From NCBI RefSeq assembly GCF_021869535.1, contig NW_026262679.1, positions 27,404,001 to 27,468,000 on the forward strand: DNA of 64,000 nt, in the 5' to 3' direction. This DNA is from Mytilus californianus. Lineage: Eukaryota. Positions 1 to 13,320 of this stretch are shown one piece after another (positions within the stretch are counted from its first letter, which is position 1; the number at the start of each line of letters is the position of its first letter). The notes below the pieces were generated by a model. The model ran no database searches and was not told where the DNA came from. It worked only from the letters and a program-made list of their open reading frames with translations. A program made the translations under genes and the position numbers.

Positions 1-1020
1 ACATGCACTACCAATCCAGTCATATAAAGCATAAACACAATCAAAATGCATCTACAAAAGAGGAAAATGCATATTAGTTGATCTATAGCCTAATGATTCT
101 TTTATTCTTTACTCTTAGTACCATCAGAAACATATATAGCATCATGTTTTCTGTTATTTCAAACTAATTGTAACTTTTGACATTAAAGACATATAGCACA
201 TTATCTTTTAGTCTGGGGATTCCCTATTGATTTATGTATATTTCATGTGATTTAGGTACCATTATTCTGGTATTTGATAGTAAAATATACTTAATTAGCT
301 GTCAATTAAAGTATATTGCATGATCAGGAAAGAGTGGAAAAATACTTTAGATAAAGGGAGACAACTCTTTTAACTTTCTGTGCTTTGGTGGGTTATTAAG
401 CTTTTTCTGAAGCAGGCAAGGGTACTCAAAGTAAAACTTGAACAAAAGGCCAGGTAAAGATCTTTGATTCATATAGTTTTGATTATCAGAAATATGCATA
501 TATCATGTGTATATGGGTTTACATATCAAATGATTTGAGGTTTATTATGTCTTAGGAGAGCTTTTTTCATTTTCAGTTGACAGTTTGCAGTTTGCTATCA
601 TGCTACTTTGTGGCGGGGCCATAAAAATGAATTAGTTTTATATAAGTGTCTTGTAGACAACATCACTCAGGGGTCACTTTTGCATAGCCCCTCAAAATAT
701 GTCATTATATAGAAATTTGTTTTTATTGAACACTTTATCAGAGCTGTTGGTTTGTTTAATGGAGGTTAAACAAACAACAATCAATCAATAAACACTTTTC
801 TAAACAAATTATTAATGTTATCCCATCTTTTTCTCATCACAATGCTTTAGTTGTTTGTTCTGTGTGGTTTGTTTTTTCAATTATTAATGAAATGAGTTGT
901 ATATAGATCACCAGGCCTTTAAGTTTGACTTGGTATGATACTTTCCAAAAATGAGGGATATTTTAAAAACCCTTTGGCAAAAAAGTCTTTGATATTTGTG
1001 AGCTTTAAAGACAATACTAG

Positions 1021-1183
1021 ATATTTGTCATTTCGGGGCCTTTTATAGCTGACTATATATATATGCGGTATGGGTTTTACTCATTGTTGAAGGCTGTTAG
1101 ATGACCTTTAGTTGTTAATGTCTGTTTCATTTGGTCTCTTGTGGAGATTTGTCTCATTGGCAATCATACCACATCTTCTTATT
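1021..1183. repeat. Abundant short interspersed repeat fragment (SINE-like), family copy 1
   Basis: The CTCATTGTTGAAGGC...GTCTCATTGGCAATCATACCACATCTTCTT motif recurs many times in the window in both orientations. Confidence 0.75.
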
Positions 1184-2643
1184 TTTATACGACCGCAAAC
1201 AAATTTTTGTGGTCGTATATTGGTGACGTTGGCGTCGTCGTGGTCCGAAGATACATTAGTTTTCACACTCTAACTTTAGTTTAAGTGAATGGATCTCAAT
1301 GAAATTTTACCATAAGGTTCAATACCACAAAAGGAAGGTGGGGATTGATTTTGGGGGTTATGGTACCAACAGTTAAGGAATTAGGGGCCAAAAAGGGGCC
1401 AAAAATAAGCATTTTTGTAACTTCCAGACATAACTTGTGTGTAAGTGTATGGATCTCTCTGACATTGTACCACAAGGTTCCATATCACAAAGGGAATGCT
1501 TGGATTGATATTGGGGGTAATTGCCTCCAAATTTTAGGAATTAAGGGCCAAAAAGGGGCAAAAAACAAGCATTTTTCTAGTTTCATGACAATAACTTGTT
1601 TGCAAGTGTATGGATCTCTCTGACATTGTATCACAAGGTTCCATATCACAAAGGGAATGCTGGGATTGATTTTCGGGGTAATTGCCTCCAAATTTTAGGA
1701 ATCAGGGGCTAAAAAGGGGTAAAAAACAAGCATTTTTCTAGTTTCATGACAATAACTTGTGTGTAAGTGTATGGATCTTTATGAAATTGTACTACAAGGT
1801 TCCATATCACAAAGGGAAGGCTGGGTTTGAGTTTGGGGGTAATTGCCCAAAAAGTTTAGGAATAAGGGGCCAAAAAGGGGCCAAAAATAAGCATTTTTCT
1901 AGTTTCCAGACGATAACTTGTGTTCAAGTGTATGGATCTCTCTGAAATTGTACTGCAAGGTACCATACCACAAAGGGAAGGCTGGGATTGATTTTGGGGG
2001 TAATTCCCTCAAAATTTTAGGGGCCATAAAAGGGGAAAAAAACAAGCATTTTTCTAGTTTCAGGACAATAACTTGTGTGTAAGTGTATGGATTGAAATTG
2101 TACTGCAAGGTTCCATATCACAAAGGGAAAGCTGGGTTTGATTTTGGGGGTAATTGCCCTAAACGTTTAGGAATTTGGGGCCAAAAAGGGGCCAAAAAAC
2201 AAGCATTTTTCTAGTTTCCAGACAATAAAATATAACTTGTGTTCAAGTGTATGGATCTCTCTGAAATTGTACTGCAGGGTACCATACCACAAAAGGAAAG
2301 CTGGGATTGAGTTTGGGGGTGATGAATCATAAGGGGGTTCAAAAAATTTGGGGGGGGGTGGGGTTCCCTTTTTTTTCTTTAAAGTTTTCCATTTTAAATT
2401 GGTTATTTCTGATTTATATATAAAAGCAAATAATAATGATATGGTTTGAATAGGTGAATTAAAAATTTTTAAGTTCTTAGACCACTTTCATTCTGTGTGA
2501 GAAACCTATGCTGTGTCAGATATTTAATTACAATCCAAATTCAGTGCTGTATCAAGCTTGAATGTTGTGTCCATACTTGCCCCCACTGTTCAGGGTTCGA
2601 CCTCTGCGGTCGTATCAAGCTGCGCCCCAGTAGAGCATTTTAT
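1182..2643 (+). mobile_element. Helentron-type non-autonomous element (HINE) family A, about 7 x 161-bp internal repeats
   Basis: T-run, then ATACGACCGCA (1187) with a nearby inverted copy (1208), a GTC microsatellite, tandem units from about 1285 to 2325, 3' TGCGGTCGTAT (2605), a hairpin and a T-run. Confidence 0.85.
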
Positions 2644-2829
2644 TATAGATATAATACATGGGCATTCCTGCCAAAATTAAAATATTTCCATAAGGATTTG
2701 AAGCACTAGAGGACTTAATGCACCTTTATACATGTTATGAATGAGGACGCCATGCTTGATGACAAATCATTTGACCATTAAAACAATTACTATGCGGTAA
2801 TTTACGAGTGCTGGGGGGGGAACAAGGTT

Positions 2830-3737
2830 TTCTGGTTTCCGGACAAATACTTAAGTATTATTCAGTGAATCTCTATGAAATTGTACCACAAGGTTCCATA
2901 CCACACACAGAAGGTTGGGGTCGATTTTGTGAGTTGTGGCTATAATCGTTAAGAAACTAGAGGCCAGATAGGGGCCAAAACAAGACTTTTCTAATACTGG
3001 CTAAGCTGGTTCTAACATAAATTATTTCTGATCTATATAAAGAAACAACAAATACTGATATGGCAGGAGATACAAACCAAACAGGGTGTGTAAATTATTA
3101 TATTTAGTTTGTAAACAGATTTACTAAGTATTGCGCAACAGCAAAGTATTACACAACAGCAAGAAATCTTCAACTGAAAATAAATACAAATTTTTTAACC
3201 AATTTCAATGAGGATTAATTTAAAGTCTTGAATTGTTTGAGGTTTTTACCATGTATTACTATATTGGATATTTGGACATTTTTAAATAGGTCTACATTGA
3301 GGTCCAAAGGATCCAAAATTAGACTTTGTTTGATTTCATCAAAAAACAGAATTCTTGTGGTTCTATGATATGCTGAATCTAACTATGCATTCAGATTTTT
3401 AATTTTGGGCCCTGTTTTCAAATTAGTCCATATTAAGGTCCAAAGGGTCCAAAATTAAACTTTGTTTGAATTCAAGGTTTTTTTTATGTGCTGAATCTAA
3501 CCATGGAATTAGATTTTGGATATTGGACCATTAAGTAGATTAAATTTCCCATTTCTTTTTTTTAAGTTATCTGACCACATTTATTCTGTGTAGGAAATCT
3601 ATAATGTGTCAAATATTTAATCACTATCCAAATTCAGAGCTGTATCAAGCTTGAATATTGTGTCCATATTTGCCCCGACTGTGCAGAGTTCCACCTCTGC
3701 AGTTGTATCCAGCTGCTTCAGGCGGAACACATTTTAA
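2830..3737 (+). mobile_element. Degenerate, 5'-truncated HINE family A copy
   Basis: One repeat unit and the same 3' module (AGCTTGAATATTGTGTCCATA...TTGTATCCAGCTGC...CATTTT). Confidence 0.7.
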
Positions 3738-4513
3738 ATTTTTTTTTCAAGTATACTGCTTGACAAGTTCAAATGGGATTTTGAATAAATATGGCTCTGA
3801 TTTTGATGAGTCATTTTACAAAAGAGCAAATAGTATGCAGATATGTGACCAAGTGAACTTACTTTTTTGTACTTTTTCAAGTCACCTCCAATAACTTTCT
3901 ATTAACCAAAGTTTATGTAAATAAATTGAATTGACATAGCAAGCATTTCCTATTAAACCCAGGAGAGCACTGTATCTAGTTTCCTAACTTTTGGTTAATT
4001 GATGTCAACTCAATTTACTATGCTTTATTAAGCTCCCTTTTTCCCTCATATATTTTGTCAAAATAATTTGATTGACAGTTTTGTTGTAGTCATAATTGAT
4101 GTTATATAATTGTTGATACAAATACAGTTTTGATGATTGAACAGTTGTGTTATCTCTGAGGTTTTAAAATATAAATCACATCCACAGAATTCTGCTCTGA
4201 TGCTTGAGGACCATCATGTGAAAATTATATTGATCCAGACAAAACATTATCTGGTATTATAAATTGAAATTCTATTAGAACTTAAAATGTATTTGATTAA
4301 CTGACAAAATCTGTTGATCTGGATTTCAGATTCTAACAGTAATAACAGGGTGATGTTAAGTGGCTCTTTGTATGTTTTCTTTCATTCGACTGTTCAATAA
4401 TTCCAAGATTGGATTGATCTTCCTGACATTCTCTATGATGAGATATAACTTTGTGAAGGTTAAGGTCCATTCAGTTGTCAGAGTAATAAACTGATCAGAA
4501 ATCAGGAAGAATA

Positions 4514-4642
4514 ATGACAACTTCAGGGGAACTAGTACAGGCGTTAGTGATAAAGCCTCTCCATGCAATACGGTGTAAATTCCAGGGGTTTTCTAGTCAA
4601 GGAAGTGACAGTGAGGAGTCTGTGGTCGGAAATCTCTCTGAG
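4514..4642 (+). CDS. MCTP: Candidate alternative first coding exon A of MCTP (MTTSGELVQALVIKPLHAIRCKFQGFSSQGSDSEESVVGNLSE)
   Basis: ATG 4514 follows an in-frame TAA (4487). 43 open codons, locally GC-richer, end in GAG|GTAAAT at phase 0, matching the phase-0 exon at 22226. Confidence 0.6.
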
Positions 4643-5195
4643 GTAAATTTTAATTCTACTGTATGACAAATCATTTACATGAATGCTGAATTAAGTTGGT
4701 AAAATGATTCATGTGCATTGTAATTCTTCAGCTCAGCCCTTTCTAAAGGCTGAGTACATAATTGCCATTGGTTGAAGTTTGTCATCCATATATCAACTAC
4801 TTACTTTTAATTGCCAAAATGTCCATTTGAATCATTTAGCAATTTCAAACATGGCTTTGATGGAAGGGATGCATTAGATGATCAACAATTCAAAATGACT
4901 GAAAGAGCATCTGATTCACTACAATGATGGTATGATGCTCCTGCCACTCAGTGATTGGGACATATAATGTTACCCATGTCAGTCAGACTTCTTCATTCCA
5001 AAAATATGTCATTTGTCTAGATTTTTTTCTGTTGTGCCTGTAGATATAGAGCTGATTTTTGGTTTGGCAGCTCTGACAGCTCATAAGAGTAAGCTACAGA
5101 TTGAGTTTGTGTTTTGTTTCAGAATGCCTAATTTTCACAAAGTTAAGGCCCTTAGAATTTTCGTATGGAGGCAATGATGAACGACTTTTTAGATA

Positions 5196-5825
5196 CCCTG
5201 ATAAAGACCAGTCTAAATATTGTTCCTGTGCTGTTATTCATCTTGTTTATAAAGTGAGCCCTGATAAAGACCAGTCTAAATATTGTTCCTGTGCTGTTAT
5301 TCATCTTGTTTATAAAGTGAGCCCTGATAAAGACCAGTCTAAATATTGTTCCTGTGCTGTTATTCATCTTGTTTATAAAGTGAGCCCTGATAAAGACCAG
5401 TCTAAATATTGTTCCTGTGCTGTTATTCATCTTGTTTATAAAGTGAGCCCTGATAAAGACCAGTCTAAATATTGTTCCTGTGCTGTTATTCATCTTGTTT
5501 ATAAAGTGAGCCCTGATAAAGACCAGTCTAAATATTGTTCCTGTGCTGTTATTCATCTTGTTTATAAAGTGAGCCCTGATAAAGACCAGTCTAAATATTG
5601 TTCCTGTGCTGTTATTCATCTTGTTTATAAAGTGAGCCCTGATAAAGACCAGTCTAAATATTGTTCATGTGCTGTTGTTTATCTTGTTTATAAAGTGAGC
5701 CCTGATAAAGACCAGTCTAAATATTGTTCCTGTGCTGTTATTCATCTTGTTTATAAAGTGAGCCCTGATAAAGACCAGTCTAAATATTGTTCCTGTGCTA
5801 TTGTTTATCATGTTTATAATGTGAG
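5196..5825. repeat. 63-bp minisatellite, 10 near-identical copies
   Basis: Unit CCCTGATAAAGACCAGTCTAAATATTG...AAAGTGAG at 5196, 5259, ... 5763; no spacers. Confidence 0.97.
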
Positions 5826-6096
5826 CGCAGAGATTTTGTGTCATGATTAAGAATAATTTGAGTCCATTTACTGCATAACTAATACGTATTTATGATTGAG
5901 ATACATGTATAATGAGATGAAAATTCATATTCAGGTTGATAACAAGTTAACAGTAATAAGTTCTAAAATGACAGTTTATACTCTCCTAAAGGAGAATGAT
6001 CAACTTATATATAGAATATGGACCCCTTCCAAAGAGTAAATGATTGGGTTTCGCTAGCATGAATTATACTTTCCTAAACATGTTTTAGATTAGGTA

Positions 6097-6728
6097 GCAA
6101 TACACAGTTAGGAGTGCAGTTTTGCATTATGGCCATGTTGGATTTTTCAAATGTGCAATAAAATTCATTTTTAGACAGCTGATGACTAATTTAGCCTTCA
6201 AAGTGGGTTAATAAGATCATCAAGATTATTTTTTACCTGTTTTATGGGCTATTTTCTGTTTGACTGTCCATATTTTCATTGCTAGACCAACCATAGGTTC
6301 AGAAATTATTGTAATGTTTACAAACACTTTTTTTCGCACAACTTTTTGACACAATTTTACAAAAAAATGAGACGAAAGACTTTTATTTGATCTCTTGATA
6401 GATATATGTAAACAGTTTCAGAAAAGGTATCACTCCAAGGGATTGAAATTCTACTTTTGGTCAAATTTGGGGGAAATATGTGACATCTTTACCCCCTTTT
6501 TGCAATATTTTACAGCAATTAAAAACAGATTGTTGCCATGGATAAATCAAAAAGAAATTTTATTTAACCATTTTAACTACTGGAAATCAAATCTTTGGAA
6601 GGTACTGATTGCATACATATGCACATATATGACACAAACGGTAGGCTTAATTTGTAAGAAAGCAAGGAAAAGGGGATGGTAAAATTAATCAAGGTAAATT
6701 TTTATTTTTTTTCCTAACTGTATATTGC
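6097..6728. mobile_element. MITE with 16-bp TIR and TA target duplication (Tc1/mariner-like)
   Basis: TA|GCAATACACAGTTAGG ... CCTAACTGTATATTGC|TA (15/16 match); internal sequence related to 22513-23013. Confidence 0.8.
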
Positions 6729-9109
6729 TACCTTAAGCTTTCTTTATTAGACTGTCTCATTTTCAAATCACTTTTCCAATGGCCACTGTGCCTTTGCTCA
6801 TTGTTAATGTCTGTCATCTATGAGTTTCATCTTCTAATTGACAACAGCTTTAAACCAAACCATGACAAAAATGATCCATGTATGGTTCGTAGAGAATTGA
6901 TATTTCAGTAATGATGTGCCAACCAATTTGACATTTAAATAAGAGATAATGTCATATTGGAATCTATAGGAAAAGTGTAGAAAATATTCTTCTTAGAAAT
7001 TACAACACCAGCAGTACACAAGCTGAATCCAAATATGATAGGAAGATTCTTTGTGAGGTATTAACTGAGAGATGTTAACTTTGAATCTGATGACCCAACT
7101 AGTATGGATATCATGTGATAGAAAAATCTTTTTAAAACCACTGAATTAATTGTTAAACATTTAGGAGGGTTTATCATTGAGTATGATAGTAAGTTAAATA
7201 TGACATTTAGCTAGGAACCAGTCATAAGTCATTTGTAGAAACAAAATGTTTTCTTGATATGCAGCTTCAGTTGGCTTATTTTAGAATATTTGTTGCTTGT
7301 TCTTGCTTTGCTGCTTATCTGGGGAATGGGATATTCTTACTATCACCCTAAAGGATATATGTAGAAAAAACGTAAAATAACAATTGAACCTACCAAATAT
7401 TGAGTATGCTTAATGGTTCCCTTCAAGATTCTTCACATGAGTGCTTTAGTTTCAGTTATAACTGGTAGTGGAAATGATCTCAAGAAAAAGATTTTTCTGT
7501 AGTGTACATGATATATTTATTTTATACATTTCATTTGGCAGCCTTTCCTATGGGTTTACAGAATAATTTCTATATTTCCAAAAAGTACCCTGCAGAAAAA
7601 TCTTGAGCAAATGATAATTGTTGAATGGATATAACTATGACAACACATAGACATGGCTATCAATACTTGCTAACATGAAGCACTAGTTATCACGATATTG
7701 TCTGTCAATTTAGTGATGCATGTTCTTTCTCCATCAAAGTTTAATTTGTATTATTGAGTATTTCAGTAGAATTAATTCAAAAAAAATAATTATTCTGTTC
7801 TAAAAGATTAAACATGCAGCATAGAAAACCTATATCTCTCTTTAAAGGAAGCAATTATATGATGATAGGTCGAGTAAAGTTCATCAAAATTCTATAGATT
7901 TTCTTAAGGTATTTATCTCTTAGAATTCCTTTCAATAGATTAACTGTGTAATGCTTAACTTGACTTTAGTTAAAATCCTGATTCATTTCACAAAATGCTT
8001 AAAAAATACTTATATAAGTTAAAAATGTCATGTGATGTTTTCTAAATCATCCACTTCTGAACTAACTTTAGATCGTTTAAAATTCTCAATATTTTTTGCC
8101 ACAGGACATAAACAAGCAACAACCAATCAATCAATCAATATTTTTTGTCTTCCAATATTAAAAGTTTTAGAAAACTGAGAAACCAAATTAGGTGCATGAA
8201 AGTTAAATTTCAAATTCCTAATCCATGTCTGTCCTTCTGTCATTCCAAATCCAACAGTTGTCCAGACTTTTTTAATTAGGCCAGTAGACATTTTTTGTTC
8301 ATTAGAGTACACAGAATTACTCCCCTAAGAGCTTTTTTTTGTGTGTATGTTCTGGACCATATGTGTATTTGGACCATACACATATAGTCATGACCATACA
8401 GGTATTATACTTGTTGGGTTATTAACTAGCTGGACCATACAAGTATTTAGACCATATAAGTATTTTTCAAATAAATTGTAACTTCTTTCGCAGGAGCACA
8501 CAGCTCTTTCTCCAAAACCAAAACGGCACAAGTTACTAACTGAATTCCTTTATTTTTTCACATTGTCTGAATCTTGGTGTATCTGTTTTATCCTGTCGAC
8601 ATTTTCGTTCGTAAGTGAAACCACAGGCGTTATGGGCATGGATTTTTAAAAAAAATTTCTTAGTGTTTAAATTAGTATTTCTTCTAATCTCAACTTATTT
8701 TCTTCAATTATTGTGTTCTTTCTCATATTCATACAATTTTTGTGTTGTGACACTAAGATCATATAAATAGGAGCAAGAACACATTAAATAAATAAAAACA
8801 ATTTGAAATATTTAAGAAACTTTGGTTTTATAAAAACACCCAAAGTAAATTTAAAAAAGAAAGCAGTTTTCAATGACCAAAGTTTCTGTGAGTTAAGCAA
8901 TTGACTTCTTGTTTAACAGTTCATTTAGATATTTCTTGAAGTTATTTTCATAAGTCAACACATTGAATTTCATACAAATTTAAGCACAATCAGTAATGAC
9001 CATGTACAAATGATTTTACTATAATTCTACTAATTACGCTCCTCAGCTCTTCAAGGATGTAACTATAGCATTCATTTCCCGATGTACAACGAGGCATCTC
9101 ATTTAAAAG

Positions 9110-9354
9110 AGGTCAAAATCCTTGACCTATGGGTATGACGTAGCTATACCTAGCTATAAATACTGCGGCTATTACCTGGGCCAATCATGATTCAAAGTTT
9201 GTTTGTGCAACCAAAACAATTGGGATGGGCAAACAGTACTCTCCAAACTGGGTGGGTAAATTGTTACATCCTCTTGAGCCTCAGGCTCCATTACTAGAAT
9301 GACTCTCATCCTTCATATTCCAAGTTATACTTGGATGAGAGTCCATTCTTACTT
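9110..9354 (+). promoter_or_regulatory. Candidate TATA promoter plus non-coding first exon
   Basis: AGGTCA-N7-TGACCT (9110-9128), TGACGTA (9136), TATAAAT (9155), TCA Inr-like site about 30 nt downstream, and a perfect GTAAGT donor at 9355. Confidence 0.4.
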
Positions 9355-9373
9355 GTAAGTAAAATTCATTTTA

Positions 9374-10906
9374 TTTTTAGCTCACCTGGCCCGAAGGGCA
9401 AAGTGAGCTTTTCTCATCACTTGGCGTCCGTCGTCCAGCGTCGTCCGTCGTCGGCGTTAACTTTTTACATTTTGAACTTCATCTAAAGAACCACTGAATG
9501 GAATGAAACCAAACATGGCATGAATGTTCCTTATGAGGTGCTGACCAAGTGTTGTTACTTTGTAGCCGATCCATCATCCAAGATGGCCGCCAGCGGGGGA
9601 CTTAGTTTAACATAGGACCCTATGGGAAATGCATACAAATGACTTCTTTTAGAGAACCACTGAATGGAATGAAACCAAACATGGCATGAATGTTCCTTAT
9701 GAGGTGCTCACCAAGTGTTGTTACTTTGTAGCTGATCCATCATCCAAGATGGCCGCCAGCGGGGGACTTAGTTTAACATAGGACCCTATGGGAAATGCAT
9801 ACAAATGACTTCTTTTAGAGAACCACTGAATGGAATAAAACCAAACATGGCATGAATGTTCCTTATGAGGTGCTGACCATGTGTTGTTACTTTGTAGCAG
9901 TTCCATCATCCAAGATGGCCGCCATCGGGGAACTTAGTTTAACATAGGACCTTATGGGAAATACATACAAATGTCTTCTTTTAGAGAACCACTGAATGGA
10001 ATGAAACCAGACATGGCATGAATGTTCCTTATGAGGTGCTGACCAAGTGTTGTTACTTTACAGTCGGTCCATCATCCAAGATGGCTGACAGCAGGGAACT
10101 TAGTTTAACAAAGGACCTATGGGAAATACATACAAATGTCTTCTTTTAGAGAACCACTGAATGGAATGAAACCAAACATGGCATGAATCTTCCTTATGAG
10201 ATGCTGACCAAGTGTTGTTACTTTGTAGCTGATCCATCATCCAAGATGGCCGCCAGCTTGGGACTTAGTTTTACATAGGACCCTTTGGGAAATACATAAA
10301 AATGTCTTCTTTTAGAGAACTAATAAATGGAATGGAACCAAACATGGCATGAATGTTCCTTATGAGATGTTGACCAAGTGTTGTTACTTTGCAGCCGATC
10401 CATCATCCAAGATGGCCGACAGCGGGGGACTTAGTTTAACATAGGACCCTATGGGAAATACATACAATTATCTTCTTTTAGAGAACCACTGAATGGAATT
10501 GAACCAAACATGGCATGAATGTTCCTTATGAGTTGCTGACCAAGTGTTGTTACTTTGCAGTCGATCCATCATCCAAGATGGCCGCTAGGGGGGAGGGCTT
10601 AGTTTAACATAGGACCCTATGGGAAATACATACAAATGTCTTCTTTTAGAGTACCACTGAATGGAATGAAACCAAACATGGCATGAATGTTCCTTATGAA
10701 GTGCTGACCAAGTGTTGCTACTTTGCTGCCGATTTACTGTTCAAGATGGCCACCAGGATATTTTATTAAATAACGGGACCAATATTAATCAAAATTTGGC
10801 CTCAATCATTATTTGGGTATCTGTTATGATTTTTACCTATCTTTACATGATTTCTTAAACCAAAGTAGAGTCAGGTGAGCGACACAGGCTCTTGAGAGCC
10901 TCTAGT
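9374..10906 (+). mobile_element. HINE family B, about 7.6 x 166-bp internal satellite
   Basis: TTTTT AGCTCACCTG hairpin GTGAGC, CGTC microsatellite, units at 9491, 9657, 9823, 9989, 10154, 10320, 10486 and 10654, 3' CAGGTGAGC plus AGGCTCTTGAGAGCCT hairpin. Confidence 0.9.
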
Positions 10907-11167
10907 ATTAATCATGTAACAATGATAACAATATGATTGAATAAGTAAAAATTTCATTTTTAGAGACTCTTAATTTATTGGACACCTTTTCATCGTTTAT
11001 CGTGTTTATTAACCGGACTATATGCGTAAGGTCGGACCATATGAGTATATACACATATAGTCATGACCATACGCGTATGGTCCAAATACTCATATGGTCT
11101 AGAACATGTACATTAGTGTATGATGATGAGTTAAGTTTAGTTTGTTCATCTTTCTTGATGACTTACT

Positions 11168-11460
11168 TTTAGTCTCTGGACACAATGTGTACAGCAACAT
11201 AGAAGTATCAGGTGTCTGTCCATCTGTCTGATCTTGTAAGTACTTTCCTGTGTACAATACTTTCCAGATTTTTATTACATTAAAGGTTTACATCAGCAAT
11301 GTCTGGGGCAAGTTCTAAAACCAGTGCTGATCAACTATTGTTATAATGTCCCTTGAAAATAGAAATGATTTGGAAAATTGCATAGTAAGCACTCTCTAGC
11401 CTACATTTCTTGTAGGATTGTAATGAAATTTGTGTCAAATGTTGATATCAGCAATGTCTT
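11168..11460 (+). mobile_element. Degenerate HINE-like 5' fragment
   Basis: TTTTAGTCTC start, GTCTGTCCATCTGTCTG microsatellite, GAAATTTGTGTCAAATG core motif. Confidence 0.45.
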
Positions 11461-13320
11461 GGAAGCAGGGCTTCCAAAAAATATTTAAACCAGCTGAACA
11501 TTTTTTTTTTTATTATCCCGATATTAATCCTTTCAGACTTAATAACAAAGGGCAACCATGGTAATCAGTTCGGCATCATATAAAAAATGATAATCAGATT
11601 GACACAAAAACGATATGAAACTTGACTTTTGATATAAATTCGATGTTTTGAAGTAAACTTTTAATTTGACAGTGCATCATTCCAAGTTGGAAGAGTTTGA
11701 AAAAGTGTTGGTCAATTATTGTTACAGGAGTAATGTAATTTATATTGAACATTGCATTTTATGCACTCTAACACCTACATGTCTTGTCAGATTTTTATTA
11801 AATTTACATCAAAGGTTTATGTCAGTCAGCTTTTGTAAGAGTTCAATGATCAATACCAATCAACCATTTTTACAGGGTAAAAATATGCCACTTGGAAATA
11901 TAAAATTATATGGAAAATAACATTGTTAGCAATCTCATGCCAACATTTCTTGGAAGATGTTTTTGAAAAAGTTTACAGGAACCTTTTTTAATAACTATAA
12001 AAAAAATTGCCTTGTCCCTTTTGACATTTCTGTGAACTACGCATCCATCTGGAAAATTGTATAGATCAAGTTTTTTTTTATCATTTTTTTTATTTGAAAT
12101 AATTACTAGTAATATTTCTCAGAAATTTATATCATTGAAAGTAGTTTGAAATACATAAGATTTTATACATGGTATATATTTTATATATTTTACATATGGA
12201 ATATCAATTCATTGGTTTTAAATTTTTTTCTTAATCTTTGTATGATAACCCACAAGATATTATATACCACTACTTGAGAAGGTAATAGGACAATAGGACA
12301 ATACTTTATTATTAAACCTCAGACACATAGGTGTACAAGAGGACATCATATATACACGTATACACATTTTTATACTCAATACATTTACACTACACATAAT
12401 AATGCATGCATGCATGGTAAAATACAGCGAAATGTCAATTTACAAATTACCATAACATTCAACTCATAAAAGACAAATATAAATCATAAGAAATACTAAT
12501 ATCTGCTTTTCATCAGGAATTCAATTTATACTTTTCTTTTCTGAACATACTCCTATGCCTAATTTATTTTTTAATTGTATGAAAGGAGAAGTAGGGTACA
12601 TTGTGTTCTCATGTTTTGAATCTAAAATTGGCCATTGTTTAAAGATAGTGATAAATCTAAGAGAGAAGATGATAAAGAAAGAGTGTAAATATAGAAAAGG
12701 ATGTTTTGAAAAACAATGTAGTAAGTGATATAAGTCAAGTGAAAAAGACCTTATGTAAAACTTGTTTGCTCAGTACTACCATTGTACTGAGTGGAGACTG
12801 GAAGTGGTATTAGTGGTATGTAGTTCATTTGTAAAGGAAATACGAAAGGTGGAGGTATATATATACCCATTGTTTCCTGCAAGATCCTACAATTCTAAGG
12901 AACAGCAAAAGTTACTCATAATGCATCCCAAAAATTAGCTTTGAATTGCTCAATAAAGTAAAATATTATGAGCAGTAAAGTTGACTGATCATGAAAAGAA
13001 ATTCTTCTTTCAAATTTGTAACAAAAATGTAAAAAGTCAGGATCTTTGTGACCCAAGAACACAGTTATTTCTTTTAGACTATAAATGAAAACTAAAAAAA
13101 TCCTGCCTGCGCTTTCTCAATAATATTTTTACAGTGTGGTGTACTACTTTTGGGACAAATTATATCAAAATTATAGAAAACTTCATCAGCTCTAACTCAA
13201 AATATGGACAATTTTATGTTAAGGGGGTCTTGAATTCTTTTGTCAGCTTCAGACATACTAATTTTTAACCTTTTTCAGCTGGACCAAATCACTACTTTAC
13301 TTTAAAATTCATGACCCAAA

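Larger units (their letters stand above)
8344..11110. mobile_element. Probable MITE (GGACCATACGCGTATGGTC family) interrupted by a HINE
   Basis: 8344-8398 matches the reverse complement of 11056-11110 at 47/55 nt; an isolated TIR tip TACATGTTCTAGACCA also lies at 21501. Confidence 0.6.

Noticed and set aside
1345-2108. Short ORFs in the track (also 9721, 13335, 39245, 50886, 51711)
   Set aside because: They are translations of non-autonomous HINE repeats, with no Rep/helicase, transposase or RT motifs.
2585-2615. GGTTCGA B-box-like motif suggesting a tRNA
   Set aside because: It lies in the HINE 3' module, and there is no cloverleaf or A-box.
5196-5825. CRISPR-like array or real 249-aa repeat protein
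   Set aside because: There are no unique spacers and no cas genes, and the context is eukaryotic. The ORF follows from a stop-free 63-bp unit. The acceptor at 5122 is out of phase with exon A (AAT GCC TAA).
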